Source: an uncultured Dehalococcoidia bacterium
GTDB taxonomy: Bacteria > Chloroflexota > Dehalococcoidia > Lucifugimonadales > GCA-002694895
Reading direction: 5' to 3'
NCBI GenBank assembly: GCA_964436345.1
Contig: CAYTCC010000001.1
Span: forward strand, 1-49,461
Length of the DNA stretch: 49,461 nucleotides
Of this stretch, positions 38,195 through 47,127 are shown in pieces. Within the stretch, counting starts at the first letter, position 1. Every line of letters begins with the position of its first letter. The notes below the pieces were generated by a model. It was not told where the DNA came from, searched no databases, and worked only from the letters and a program-made list of their open reading frames with translations. The position numbers were made by a program, and so were the translations under genes.

Positions 38195-39397
38195 ATGAAC
38201 AATATATTAGATGGATTAAAAGTTATAGATTGTACACAAATACTTGCAGGGCCTTTTTGCACAATGATGCTTGGAGACATGGGCGCAGAAATAATCAAAG
38301 TAGAAAAACCTAATGGCGGAGATGATATAAGAAGATTTGGTCCACCATTTATTGATGGTGAATCTGCAGCATTTTTAATGATAAATAGAAATAAAAAAAG
38401 TATAGCATTAAACATGAAAGACCCTAAAGGACTCAAAATTTTAACAGACTTAATCAAAACTGCTGATGTTTTTATTCAAAATTTCAGACCGGGTTCTTTA
38501 GAAAAAATGGGACTTGGGTTTGATGATGTCATAAGCAAAATAAATCCAAAAATAATATATTGTAGTATTTCGGGCTTTGGAACAACAGGTCCATATAAAG
38601 ATCGACCAGGATTTGATCTGATAGCTCAAGGAATGTCTGGACTTATGAGTTTAACAGGAACACCTAAGGGAGACCCTGTTAAAATCGGAGTGCCTATATG
38701 TGATTTGAACGCAGGGTCCTATGCTGCTATGGGAATATTGGCAGCTTATATAAAAAGGCTAAAAACTAATAAAGGTCAATTTGTAGAAACTTCATTATTA
38801 GAATCTGGTCTGTCATACACAATTTGGGAATCTGGAATTTATTTTGCAACACAGGAAATATCTTCTCAAAGTGGGACAGCACATAGATTATCAGCTCCAT
38901 ATCAAGCATTTAAGACTAATGATGGTTATATAAATATAGGTGCAGCAAATCAAGCTAATTGGGAAAAACTTTGTCACGCTATTAATAAACCTGAATTTAT
39001 AACCACAGAAAAATATTTAGACAACTCATCTAGAATGAAAAATATAAATCAATTGGTCACTTTATTAAATAGCGAATTCGAATTAAAGACTACTTCAGAA
39101 TGGGTAGAAATATTAATTTCTGCTGGCGTACCTTGTGGCCCGATTTTAAACATGCACGAAGTATTAAATCATGAGCAAATTAAAGATAGAGAAACTGTAA
39201 TAAACTTAAATCATACAAAACTAGGTAAAATACAAAATTTAAGTTTTCCAATAAAATTTTCAGAAAATCCACAAAGTTTAAAACTCCCTCCCCCGCTACT
39301 TGGAGAACATAATAATGTGATTTTAAAAGAACTTGGTTATTCCGATAAAGAAATCAATGAATTAAGATCAGAATCAGTAATTACACAATCTGATTAA
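38195..39397 (+). CDS. CaiB/BaiF family (class III) CoA-transferase, paralogue 2
   Basis: The N-terminal pattern is LDGLKVIDCTQILAGPFCTMMLGDMGAEIIKVEKP. GFDLIAQGMSGLMS is also present. The protein is 400 aa. Confidence 0.85.
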   Translation: MNNILDGLKVIDCTQILAGPFCTMMLGDMGAEIIKVEKPNGGDDIRRFGPPFIDGESAAFLMINRNKKSIALNMKDPKGLKILTDLIKTADVFIQNFRPGSLEKMGLGFDDVISKINPKIIYCSISGFGTTGPYKDRPGFDLIAQGMSGLMSLTGTPKGDPVKIGVPICDLNAGSYAAMGILAAYIKRLKTNKGQFVETSLLESGLSYTIWESGIYFATQEISSQSGTAHRLSAPYQAFKTNDGYINIGAANQANWEKLCHAINKPEFITTEKYLDNSSRMKNINQLVTLLNSEFELKTTSEWVEILISAGVPCGPILNMHEVLNHEQIKDRETVINLNHTKLGKIQNLSFPIKFSENPQSLKLPPPLLGEHNNVILKELGYSDKEINELRSESVITQSD

Positions 39398-40710
39398 GAT
39401 GCTCGTTCATACATAATTTTATAATTTGAATTTGAAACATAAATTTTATTGATTAAATTAAGTTTCAATGCTTTATCTCTTAAAATTAATTCCTTATCAA
39501 TTGTTTTATGTCCTGATTCAAGTAATTTGTCATATTTATTCAAATATAATCTTAAAACGCTAACATCAAATTTGCCATGAGCCATATTTGCCAAAGCTGA
39601 TACAAATAAATTTTTTGCATTCACTAGTGATTGACTTCTTTTCGTTTGGATTTTTTTAACTATTTTAGGAAGTTTTTTATTTATATCTACTTTTTGATTA
39701 TTTAAATCATTATCAAATTGTTTATAAAATTTATTTTCCATATCTGTAGCAGATATAGAATTAGACACACAACTACCATTATTTTGCTTACCACTACATT
39801 TATAATATCTATAATTCATTTCATTAAATTTTGAATTTATATTTGACCACTTAATTTTTTTTGTAACTCCAATCATTTTAGAATTACAAAATTCACAATA
39901 TAATAATCCTGACAAACTATATTTTTCAGGATTAACTGCAGTTCTTATAGGACTGCGTGAATATAATTTTTTCTGAACATCTGAAAATATTTTATTTTCT
40001 ATAATAGGATCATGTGAATTAGGAATTGACACACCAAACCTTTTTACAGTTCCAATATAAACGGGGTTTTTCAATAAATCATATAATGTAGAAATACTCC
40101 ATAAATTATTTTTTTTAGTTTTATATTTTTTTTGATTTAAAAAAGCAGTGATTTTCCTTATACCATAATTTTTATTCATATAATAATCAAATATGTTTTC
40201 TACAACGGTTCTTTCTTTGGAATTAGGAGTTAAATATCCTAAATCATTAATATCGTATCCATAGGGAACTCTCCCTAACCATTTTCCAGTTAAAAATTTT
40301 TCTTTCATTCTTGATGTCACATATGCTGACCAATTGTTATCTGAAATATTATTTAAAGTATATCTATTAACTGTATCTTGATAAGGATCAGGGGTAATTT
40401 CATTCATACACAAAACTTTACATTGATATAAATCAAACCACAGTAAATTTCTTACTATCTCTATAATATCTCTACCCAAATCAGATGAATTGTTAATTAG
40501 TATAAGATATTTTTTGTTATTGGCCTTTACATCATGTTTCAATTTTTCAAATTCGCTAAACATTGTTAATCTAGTAGAATTGTTATCAGTATAAATCTGA
40601 ATTGAAGTATGCCCATTTAATTCACAATATTCTTCAAAGTCAGATTTAATTTGTGATTTTATCTGCTTATTATTTGAATTTGAAACTAAAAAATAACCAA
40701 CACTTTGCAT
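39394..40710 (-). CDS. Protein with large-serine-recombinase architecture (resolvase-like N-domain, Recombinase domain, zinc ribbon, coiled coil); catalytic residues look partly degenerate
   Basis: A Recombinase-domain pattern is present (WLGRVPYGYD...ERTVVENIF..Y..KNYGIRKITAFLN...WSISTLYDLLKNPVYIGT). The Zn-ribbon is LLYCEFCNSKM...YYKCSGKQNNGSC. The N-terminal GYFLVSNSN...SSDLGRD aligns to Y.R.S...DRLGR, but the Arg positions are substituted. Confidence 0.75.
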   Translation of the reverse strand: MQSVGYFLVSNSNNKQIKSQIKSDFEEYCELNGHTSIQIYTDNNSTRLTMFSEFEKLKHDVKANNKKYLILINNSSDLGRDIIEIVRNLLWFDLYQCKVLCMNEITPDPYQDTVNRYTLNNISDNNWSAYVTSRMKEKFLTGKWLGRVPYGYDINDLGYLTPNSKERTVVENIFDYYMNKNYGIRKITAFLNQKKYKTKKNNLWSISTLYDLLKNPVYIGTVKRFGVSIPNSHDPIIENKIFSDVQKKLYSRSPIRTAVNPEKYSLSGLLYCEFCNSKMIGVTKKIKWSNINSKFNEMNYRYYKCSGKQNNGSCVSNSISATDMENKFYKQFDNDLNNQKVDINKKLPKIVKKIQTKRSQSLVNAKNLFVSALANMAHGKFDVSVLRLYLNKYDKLLESGHKTIDKELILRDKALKLNLINKIYVSNSNYKIMYERAS

Positions 40711-40810
40711 TTATATAAAATTGAGCTTAAATGTATAACAATTTATTAGAACCTTTTTTTAATAACAATTACAATTAATACAAGGTATAAAATAAATAAA
40801 TTTATAATTC

Positions 40811-43012
40811 ATGGATAATGAAAAAAAACAAAACCTTGTTTTGTTCAATACATTGAAAAAAAAGCTAGAACCTTTCAAGCCTATTGGCAAAAAAATTAAA
40901 ATATATACATGCGGACCAACAGTATACAGAGATGCTCATATAGGAAATATGAGAACTTATATACTTTCAGATATTTTGAAAAAAACTTTTATTCATATAG
41001 GTTATGAAACAATACATGTAAAGAACATTACTGATGTCGGTCATATGAGACAGGAAATGCTAGAGCAAGGTGAAGACAAAGTAATAGTTGCAGCTATAAA
41101 AGAAGGAAAAACCCCACAAGAAATAGCTTCATTTTACACTAATAAATTTTTAAAAGATGAACAAGTTCTAAATATTTCCCCCCCTGATTATATGCCAAAA
41201 GCTACTGATCATATTAATGACATGTTAGAAATGATAGATACTTTAATTCAAAAAAACATAGCATATCAAGTAAATCAAAATGTATATTTTGATATTTCAA
41301 AATCTGAAAATTATGGCATATTATCTGGCAATATCAGTAATTTAGAAACTTTAAATAATGAAGAAATTGACCCTAATAAATTAAATTCTAGAGATTTTGC
41401 GTTATGGAAATCAGCTGATAAAGACAGAACTTTAAAATGGCCGAGCAAATATGGAGATGGATTTCCCGGATGGCATATTGAATGCTCAGCAATGTCACAA
41501 AAATATCTTGGTTCATATTTTGATATCCATACTGGCGGGGTAGACAACATTTTTCCACATCACGAAGGTGAAATTGCTCAGAGTGAAGGTTGTTTTTCAC
41601 AAAAACATGTGAACTACTGGGTACATGGACAACATTTACTTTCTGATGGGATAAAAATGTCTAAATCCAAACAAAATGAATATTTGATTTCTGATATTAC
41701 ATCAAGGGCAATGGATCCGTTAGCCTTTCGCTATTTATGCCTTATGACAAATTATAGAACAAGATTAAATTTTACCTTTTCTTCTCTACGAGCAGCTCAA
41801 AAAGGATTAAATAGGTTAAGGCATCTGTATTGGTTATATCAAAATGATAATTCAGTACCATTAACATCCAAAACATCATTAAACATGGATCCCATAAAAA
41901 TTTGGACAGAAAAAATAGATTTAGCATTATTAAATAATCTTAATACTTCAAAAATAATGTCTTTACTATGGGAATTAACCAAATCAAACTTAACGGGTAA
42001 AGAAAAAGTATATATCTTTGATTATATTGACCCTGTACTATCTTTGGATTTTAAAAAACACCATAAAAAATTTAATTTAACTACAATCCCCTTAATTGAA
42101 TATAAAAAAAGAAAACAATTTCGTAAAGAAAAAAAATTCGAATTATCAGACAAGGAAAGAGAGCAATTTTACAAGCAAAATATAAAATTTTACGACAAAC
42201 AAAATGGGAACTTTCTGATAAAAAGAATATCTGATTTTGAAGGGAAAATTAACAATGAGTATATTTCAGGATCTTCTGATGTTAAATCATTATTATTTTC
42301 TGAAAACAAAATAAAATTATCAGTCTGTTTAATTGCAGATGAATATTTCAAAGATTTTAGCAGATGTTTGAAATCTGTTATTAACAATATTCCAGATAAA
42401 ACCACGTATGAAATTTTAATCGCATTCAATGGAATAACTATCGAAAATCAAAATAAAATAAAATCTAATTACGAGTCAAATAAAAATCTTAAATTTTTTC
42501 ATATAGACCCTGTATGTGGGGCAGGTGGAGTTCGAAATATCTTAGTAAAACAATCTGTTGGAGAATATTTAATCCTTTTAGATTCTAGTATAGAAATAAC
42601 AGGCAATATTTTCGTTGAAATTATTTCAGATTTAAAAGATCAAAATATAGGATTAACCGGACCATTTGGATTAAAAACAACCGATTTAAATCACTTCCAT
42701 GAAATTTCAACTAACAAAGAATATGTAGATGTTATTCAACTTTATTTAATTGCTTCAAGGAGAAATACTTTCCTCAAAACTGGATTATTCAGAGAGAATT
42801 TCAGATTTTACAGAAATCTAGATATAGATTTCTCATTTCAAGTTAAACATAAAAACTTTAAATTATTATCCAATCCAAACATTGCTATAAAAAGGCATAC
42901 TCATTCAGTATGGGAAAACATGCATGAAAAAACGAGAGATGAATTAAGCATCGATAACTATAAAAGATTTCTAAAAAAATGGAAAAATTATAAACATTTA
43001 TTAATTAACTAA
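40811..43012 (+). CDS. cysS: Cysteine--tRNA ligase (complete, about aa 1-472) fused to a C-terminal GT2-like (GT-A fold) domain (about aa 500-733)
   Basis: CysRS motifs are CGPTVY, HIGN, NITDVGHM...GEDK, GWHIECSAM, FPHHEGEIAQSE and KMSKS. The CysRS C-terminal pattern is RKQFRKEKKFELSDKERE. The extension carries LSVCLIADEY...EILIAFNG...GAGGVRNILVKQSVGEYLILLDSS, which resembles the GT2 core. Confidence 0.8.
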   Translation: MDNEKKQNLVLFNTLKKKLEPFKPIGKKIKIYTCGPTVYRDAHIGNMRTYILSDILKKTFIHIGYETIHVKNITDVGHMRQEMLEQGEDKVIVAAIKEGKTPQEIASFYTNKFLKDEQVLNISPPDYMPKATDHINDMLEMIDTLIQKNIAYQVNQNVYFDISKSENYGILSGNISNLETLNNEEIDPNKLNSRDFALWKSADKDRTLKWPSKYGDGFPGWHIECSAMSQKYLGSYFDIHTGGVDNIFPHHEGEIAQSEGCFSQKHVNYWVHGQHLLSDGIKMSKSKQNEYLISDITSRAMDPLAFRYLCLMTNYRTRLNFTFSSLRAAQKGLNRLRHLYWLYQNDNSVPLTSKTSLNMDPIKIWTEKIDLALLNNLNTSKIMSLLWELTKSNLTGKEKVYIFDYIDPVLSLDFKKHHKKFNLTTIPLIEYKKRKQFRKEKKFELSDKEREQFYKQNIKFYDKQNGNFLIKRISDFEGKINNEYISGSSDVKSLLFSENKIKLSVCLIADEYFKDFSRCLKSVINNIPDKTTYEILIAFNGITIENQNKIKSNYESNKNLKFFHIDPVCGAGGVRNILVKQSVGEYLILLDSSIEITGNIFVEIISDLKDQNIGLTGPFGLKTTDLNHFHEISTNKEYVDVIQLYLIASRRNTFLKTGLFRENFRFYRNLDIDFSFQVKHKNFKLLSNPNIAIKRHTHSVWENMHEKTRDELSIDNYKRFLKKWKNYKHLLIN

Positions 43013-43014
43013 TA

Positions 43015-44463
43015 ATGAAATTATTAATTAATGCAAAAATCTTTCCTAATAATAGGTCTAGATCAATAATAATTAAAAATAATAAAATTGAATTTATTGG
43101 GAATCAAGATGATATAAATATATCAAGTAAATCATTGGATATAATTGATTGTAAAAATAATTCTGTGTTACCTGGTTTAATTGATGCGCATATACATTTA
43201 TTTGAATCAGTTTCTAATTTAGAAAGTATAGATTTATCAGAAAAAATATTTACCAATCTTGAAGATATTAAAATATATTTTAATAATTTTGCTCATCAAA
43301 AAAATCAAAAGATTCTAAAATTTCACGGATTTGAACACAGAAATATAAATCAAGATATAAATATGGAGTTTTTTGATAATTTGAATATTCAGACACCAAT
43401 TATTATAAAACATAGAACAGGACACTTCATATTTACTAATAAAAATACCATGACTTCATTTGGATTTAGCAAAAACGAAATTCAAAAATATTCTAATGAG
43501 TATCCAATAAATTCTAAAGAGATTCACAAAAAAATATATAAATTATCAACACAAGATAATTTTGATCAAAACATTCATTTATATAATTCAATATTACTCA
43601 AATATGGCTATACAACTTTAGTTGAAGCAGGAGCCTTGAATGATATTGAGAAATTCGAAACTATTAAAAAATATATTAATAACAAATCAATTGATCAAAA
43701 TATATGTTATATGCCAGGGGCACAAGAAATAAAAAATTTCAACGAAATAAAAAATATGAGAAATCTATATCTTGGCCCTATAAAATTCATGATTGATGAA
43801 AAGTATGATATTAATAAATTTGAAAGTATTCTAAATAAATATTTAAAAACTTTTAATAATGCTGCTGCATTTCATGCAATAGATTCAGAAACTATACATA
43901 AAATTCTTTTCAATCTTTATGAAAAAAATAAAGATATTGTAAAAGACAGAATCATCAGAATAGAACATGCGACAGAATTTATTCCTGAATATTATAAAAA
44001 TTATAATAAGGAAAATTTACATCTAATATTCAATCCTAACTTCATCTACGACCATGGAGATTTTTACTTAAATAATCAAGATTATTTTGATATAGAAAAT
44101 ATATTTAACTTATATGAAAGTAATAAATATGATTTTAATTACGGAATAGGAACTGACTCTCCATTTGGAAATAACAATCCATTTTTACTTATCTATGCTG
44201 CTATAACAAGGAATACAAAAAATGGTAATAATTTGCCAGGCAAAGGTCAAAACAATCTAAAAGAAATAATAAAAGCATTTACTATTAACAATGCAAAATC
44301 TATAAATATGGATAAAAACATAGGCTCTGTAAATATAGGGAAAAATGCCGATTTGATAATTTTAAATAAAAATTTATCTAATATAAAAGATTACAATGAA
44401 TTAATTGAAGTCAAAGTAATACATACAATTATAAATGGGAATTCGAAATACAGATTAAACTAA
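43015..44463 (+). CDS. Amidohydrolase-superfamily metallohydrolase (YtcJ / amidohydrolase_3-like)
   Basis: The metal-binding motif is PGLIDAHIHL. RIEHATEF, GTDSPF and the C-terminal GSVNIGKNADLIILN are also present. The gene starts 2 nt after the cysS-fusion stop. Confidence 0.75.
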   Translation: MKLLINAKIFPNNRSRSIIIKNNKIEFIGNQDDINISSKSLDIIDCKNNSVLPGLIDAHIHLFESVSNLESIDLSEKIFTNLEDIKIYFNNFAHQKNQKILKFHGFEHRNINQDINMEFFDNLNIQTPIIIKHRTGHFIFTNKNTMTSFGFSKNEIQKYSNEYPINSKEIHKKIYKLSTQDNFDQNIHLYNSILLKYGYTTLVEAGALNDIEKFETIKKYINNKSIDQNICYMPGAQEIKNFNEIKNMRNLYLGPIKFMIDEKYDINKFESILNKYLKTFNNAAAFHAIDSETIHKILFNLYEKNKDIVKDRIIRIEHATEFIPEYYKNYNKENLHLIFNPNFIYDHGDFYLNNQDYFDIENIFNLYESNKYDFNYGIGTDSPFGNNNPFLLIYAAITRNTKNGNNLPGKGQNNLKEIIKAFTINNAKSINMDKNIGSVNIGKNADLIILNKNLSNIKDYNELIEVKVIHTIINGNSKYRLN

Positions 44464-44465
44464 AT

Positions 44466-45455
44466 TTATTTAATTGAATTTGCCATTTCAAATAAAATAT
44501 CTGTTATTTCAGTTGATTTAAAGTGTTTCAAATTATTAATAGCTTTCTCTATATAAGTTTTTCCAATCGATGTAGCTTGTTGTATAAAACCTTCTTGAAT
44601 TAAATACATTCCAAGATCTTTAACATTAATTTCATGATTTGATTTTATCTGTTTATAGAAAGGATTGTCCTGTAAATTATTTTCCAAAGATAATATCACT
44701 GGCAAAGTTAAGATACCATTATTAATATCGATTCCTATATTTTTCCCAGATTTATTATTCTTATTATTCAAATCAGTAAAATCTCTAATATCATCAAAAA
44801 TCTGAAATGCTAATCCCAAATTCATACCAAACTGCCCTAACTTTTCATTCTCATTTTTATCCATATTTCCCAAAGCACTTCCTGACCAAGTAGCAGTCTC
44901 AAATAATGAAGCAGTTTTTTTACGGATTCTATATAAATAATTCTCTTTGGATTGTTTTATATTATTTCTACTTTTCATTTCTAGTAATTGCCCCATTGAA
45001 AGGTCAACAATAGTACTACCAAATCTATTCATAACTTCAACATTAGAAGTATCAAATACAAACATACCGGCTTTAGCAAAAATTATATCTCCCATCATCA
45101 CGGCCATATCATTTCCATATACATAATTGAATGATTCTTTACCTCTTCTTTGAGTAGCATTGTCAACAATATCATCATGAACCAAGCTAGCTGTATGTAA
45201 CAATTCAATAGCTACAGATACATTAACTATATTCATACTAATATTTTCATCTATTTCTTCAGTCATTTGCCCGATAAGAAGAGTAAGCATCGAGCGTAAT
45301 AATTTACCTTGTTTCGAGGTGGAAGTTACTTCTTTAGCTAAATCATTTATATAATCATCTTCAAAATCAAGATCAATTAATTTTTGTTTCATCAAATCCA
45401 ATTCAACGTTAATTACATTATTTATCCTATTAGTAAGAGATGCAGATATTACCAT
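44466..45455 (-). CDS. Polyprenyl diphosphate synthase (trans-isoprenyl, long-chain type)
   Basis: There are two Asp-rich motifs, LVHDDIVD and FQIFDDIRD. The protein is 329 aa. Confidence 0.85.
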   Translation of the reverse strand: MVISASLTNRINNVINVELDLMKQKLIDLDFEDDYINDLAKEVTSTSKQGKLLRSMLTLLIGQMTEEIDENISMNIVNVSVAIELLHTASLVHDDIVDNATQRRGKESFNYVYGNDMAVMMGDIIFAKAGMFVFDTSNVEVMNRFGSTIVDLSMGQLLEMKSRNNIKQSKENYLYRIRKKTASLFETATWSGSALGNMDKNENEKLGQFGMNLGLAFQIFDDIRDFTDLNNKNNKSGKNIGIDINNGILTLPVILSLENNLQDNPFYKQIKSNHEINVKDLGMYLIQEGFIQQATSIGKTYIEKAINNLKHFKSTEITDILFEMANSIK

Positions 45456-47108
45456 TTATTCAACTTCTATTTTCTTGAACAAAGGTCCAAGGGAATTTAT
45501 TTCTTGATTTATTGGCAAATCATTTTCAGACCACTCCCATTTAGATATCAGATCGTCAGAAAATCCTAAAATATTATTTAATTTCTGGGAAGAAAATGGA
45601 ATATATGGATTAAATAATATTTTTAAACAATTAATAGCAGTCATACAAACCCAAATAACTTCAGAAGCTTTTTCTTTATCAGATTTAACTAATTTCCATG
45701 GTTCTTTCATATCAATATATTTATTAATATTCCCGCATAATTTCATTATTTCAGAAAGTCCTTTTCGTAGTCTTGCATTAGAAATTTCATCTTTTACAAC
45801 TTTCAATGTATCATGGCACATATCAATAATTTTTTGACTGTCATCATCAATTTGAATTGCTTTAGGGATTTTAGAATCAAAATTTTTAATACAGATATTA
45901 ACTATTCTATTTACTAAATTGCCATAGGTAGCAACTAATTCCTGATTATTAGCTCTAACAAGTTCATCTAAACTAAAATCAGTATCAGATGTTTCAGGAA
46001 AATTTGATGCTAGTGAATACCTAATAGAATCAGGTTCGTAAATATCGCTTAACTCGTTCACCCATAAAGCCCAATTTCTACTAGATGATAATTTAAGTCC
46101 TTCAAGATTTAAATATTCATTAGCAGGGATGTTATGAGGTAAATTCAATTCCCCCTTACCTAATAGAATAGAAGGAAGAATTATAGAATGGAATATAATA
46201 TTATCTTTGCCCATAAAATAATATGCCTCTGATGAATTTTGCCAAAAGTTTTTCCAGCCATCTTTATCATCAGTTGTTGAAAAAAACTCAATAGAAGCAG
46301 ATAGATATCCTAAAACTGCTTCAAACCATACATAGATTCTCTTACTTTCCCATCCTTTAACAGGGACTTTTACACCCCAGTCAATATCTCTTGTTATTGG
46401 CCTGTCTATCAATCCTTCTGCTAAAAATCCTAAAGAGGTATTTTTAACATTTGATTTAAAATTATTTTTAGAATTTAACCATTGTTTTAAATCATCCTGA
46501 AAATAACTAAGTTTCAAAAAATAATGATCAGATTTCTGAAAACTGATCACATCTGATTTTGAGCAAATTTTACAATTTATATCTATTAAATCTTTAGGAT
46601 CAAGAGTTTTTCCACAATTGTCACATTGATCACCCCTAGCGTCTTTAGAATTACATTCAGAATTAGGACAAGTACCTTCAATATATCTATCTGCTAAAAA
46701 TCTTTCGCAATCAGAACAATAAGGTAAAATCATTTCCTGGGCATAAATAAATCCTTTATCTAATAAATCAAGGAAAATGCCCTGAACCACTTTTTCATGA
46801 TTTTCAGTATGCGTAGAAGTAAACAAATCAAAGTTTATTCCTAAATTATTCCAAGTTTTCAATATATCTTTATGATAAAAATCAAATAATTGTTCCGGTG
46901 TTTTATTTTCTTGTATAGATTTAATCACTACAGGGGTACCATGTGCATCACTACCAGAAACCATTAAAACATTATTCCCTAACATGCGATGGAATCTAGC
47001 AAATATATCTGCTGGTAAATAACAACCTGCCATATGGCCAATATGTATCCCGCCGTTTGCATAAGGCCAAGCAACCGAAACTAAAATATTTTTCTTATTA
47101 TTGATCAT
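45456..47108 (-). CDS. metG: Methionine--tRNA ligase (no C-terminal Trbp111-like domain)
   Basis: The HIGH-type motif is PYANGGIHIGH. A zinc-knuckle insertion is present (CPNSECNS...CDNCGK...CKICS). The KMSKS-type motif is LKLSSSR. The protein is 550 aa. Confidence 0.95.
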   Translation of the reverse strand: MINNKKNILVSVAWPYANGGIHIGHMAGCYLPADIFARFHRMLGNNVLMVSGSDAHGTPVVIKSIQENKTPEQLFDFYHKDILKTWNNLGINFDLFTSTHTENHEKVVQGIFLDLLDKGFIYAQEMILPYCSDCERFLADRYIEGTCPNSECNSKDARGDQCDNCGKTLDPKDLIDINCKICSKSDVISFQKSDHYFLKLSYFQDDLKQWLNSKNNFKSNVKNTSLGFLAEGLIDRPITRDIDWGVKVPVKGWESKRIYVWFEAVLGYLSASIEFFSTTDDKDGWKNFWQNSSEAYYFMGKDNIIFHSIILPSILLGKGELNLPHNIPANEYLNLEGLKLSSSRNWALWVNELSDIYEPDSIRYSLASNFPETSDTDFSLDELVRANNQELVATYGNLVNRIVNICIKNFDSKIPKAIQIDDDSQKIIDMCHDTLKVVKDEISNARLRKGLSEIMKLCGNINKYIDMKEPWKLVKSDKEKASEVIWVCMTAINCLKILFNPYIPFSSQKLNNILGFSDDLISKWEWSENDLPINQEINSLGPLFKKIEVE

Positions 47109-47127
47109 AAATTAATATAATTGAAAG

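Noticed and set aside
39394-40810. An integrated mobile element, prophage remnant or genomic island around the recombinase-like gene.
   Set aside because: I found no flanking direct or inverted repeats beyond a 9-nt ATAACAATT duplication in the 100-nt upstream gap. There is no tRNA/tmRNA target and there are no cargo genes. Composition does not shift. Both neighbours are housekeeping or metabolic genes packed with zero spare sequence.
40811-42226. Reading the CysRS-like part as an MshC-type cysteine ligase rather than a true tRNA synthetase.
   Set aside because: The protein retains the anticodon-binding region and the C-terminal CysRS tail, so it looks like a bona fide CysRS. Without the rest of the genome I cannot tell whether a second cysS exists. 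The idea is kept only as a hypothesis within the fusion finding.
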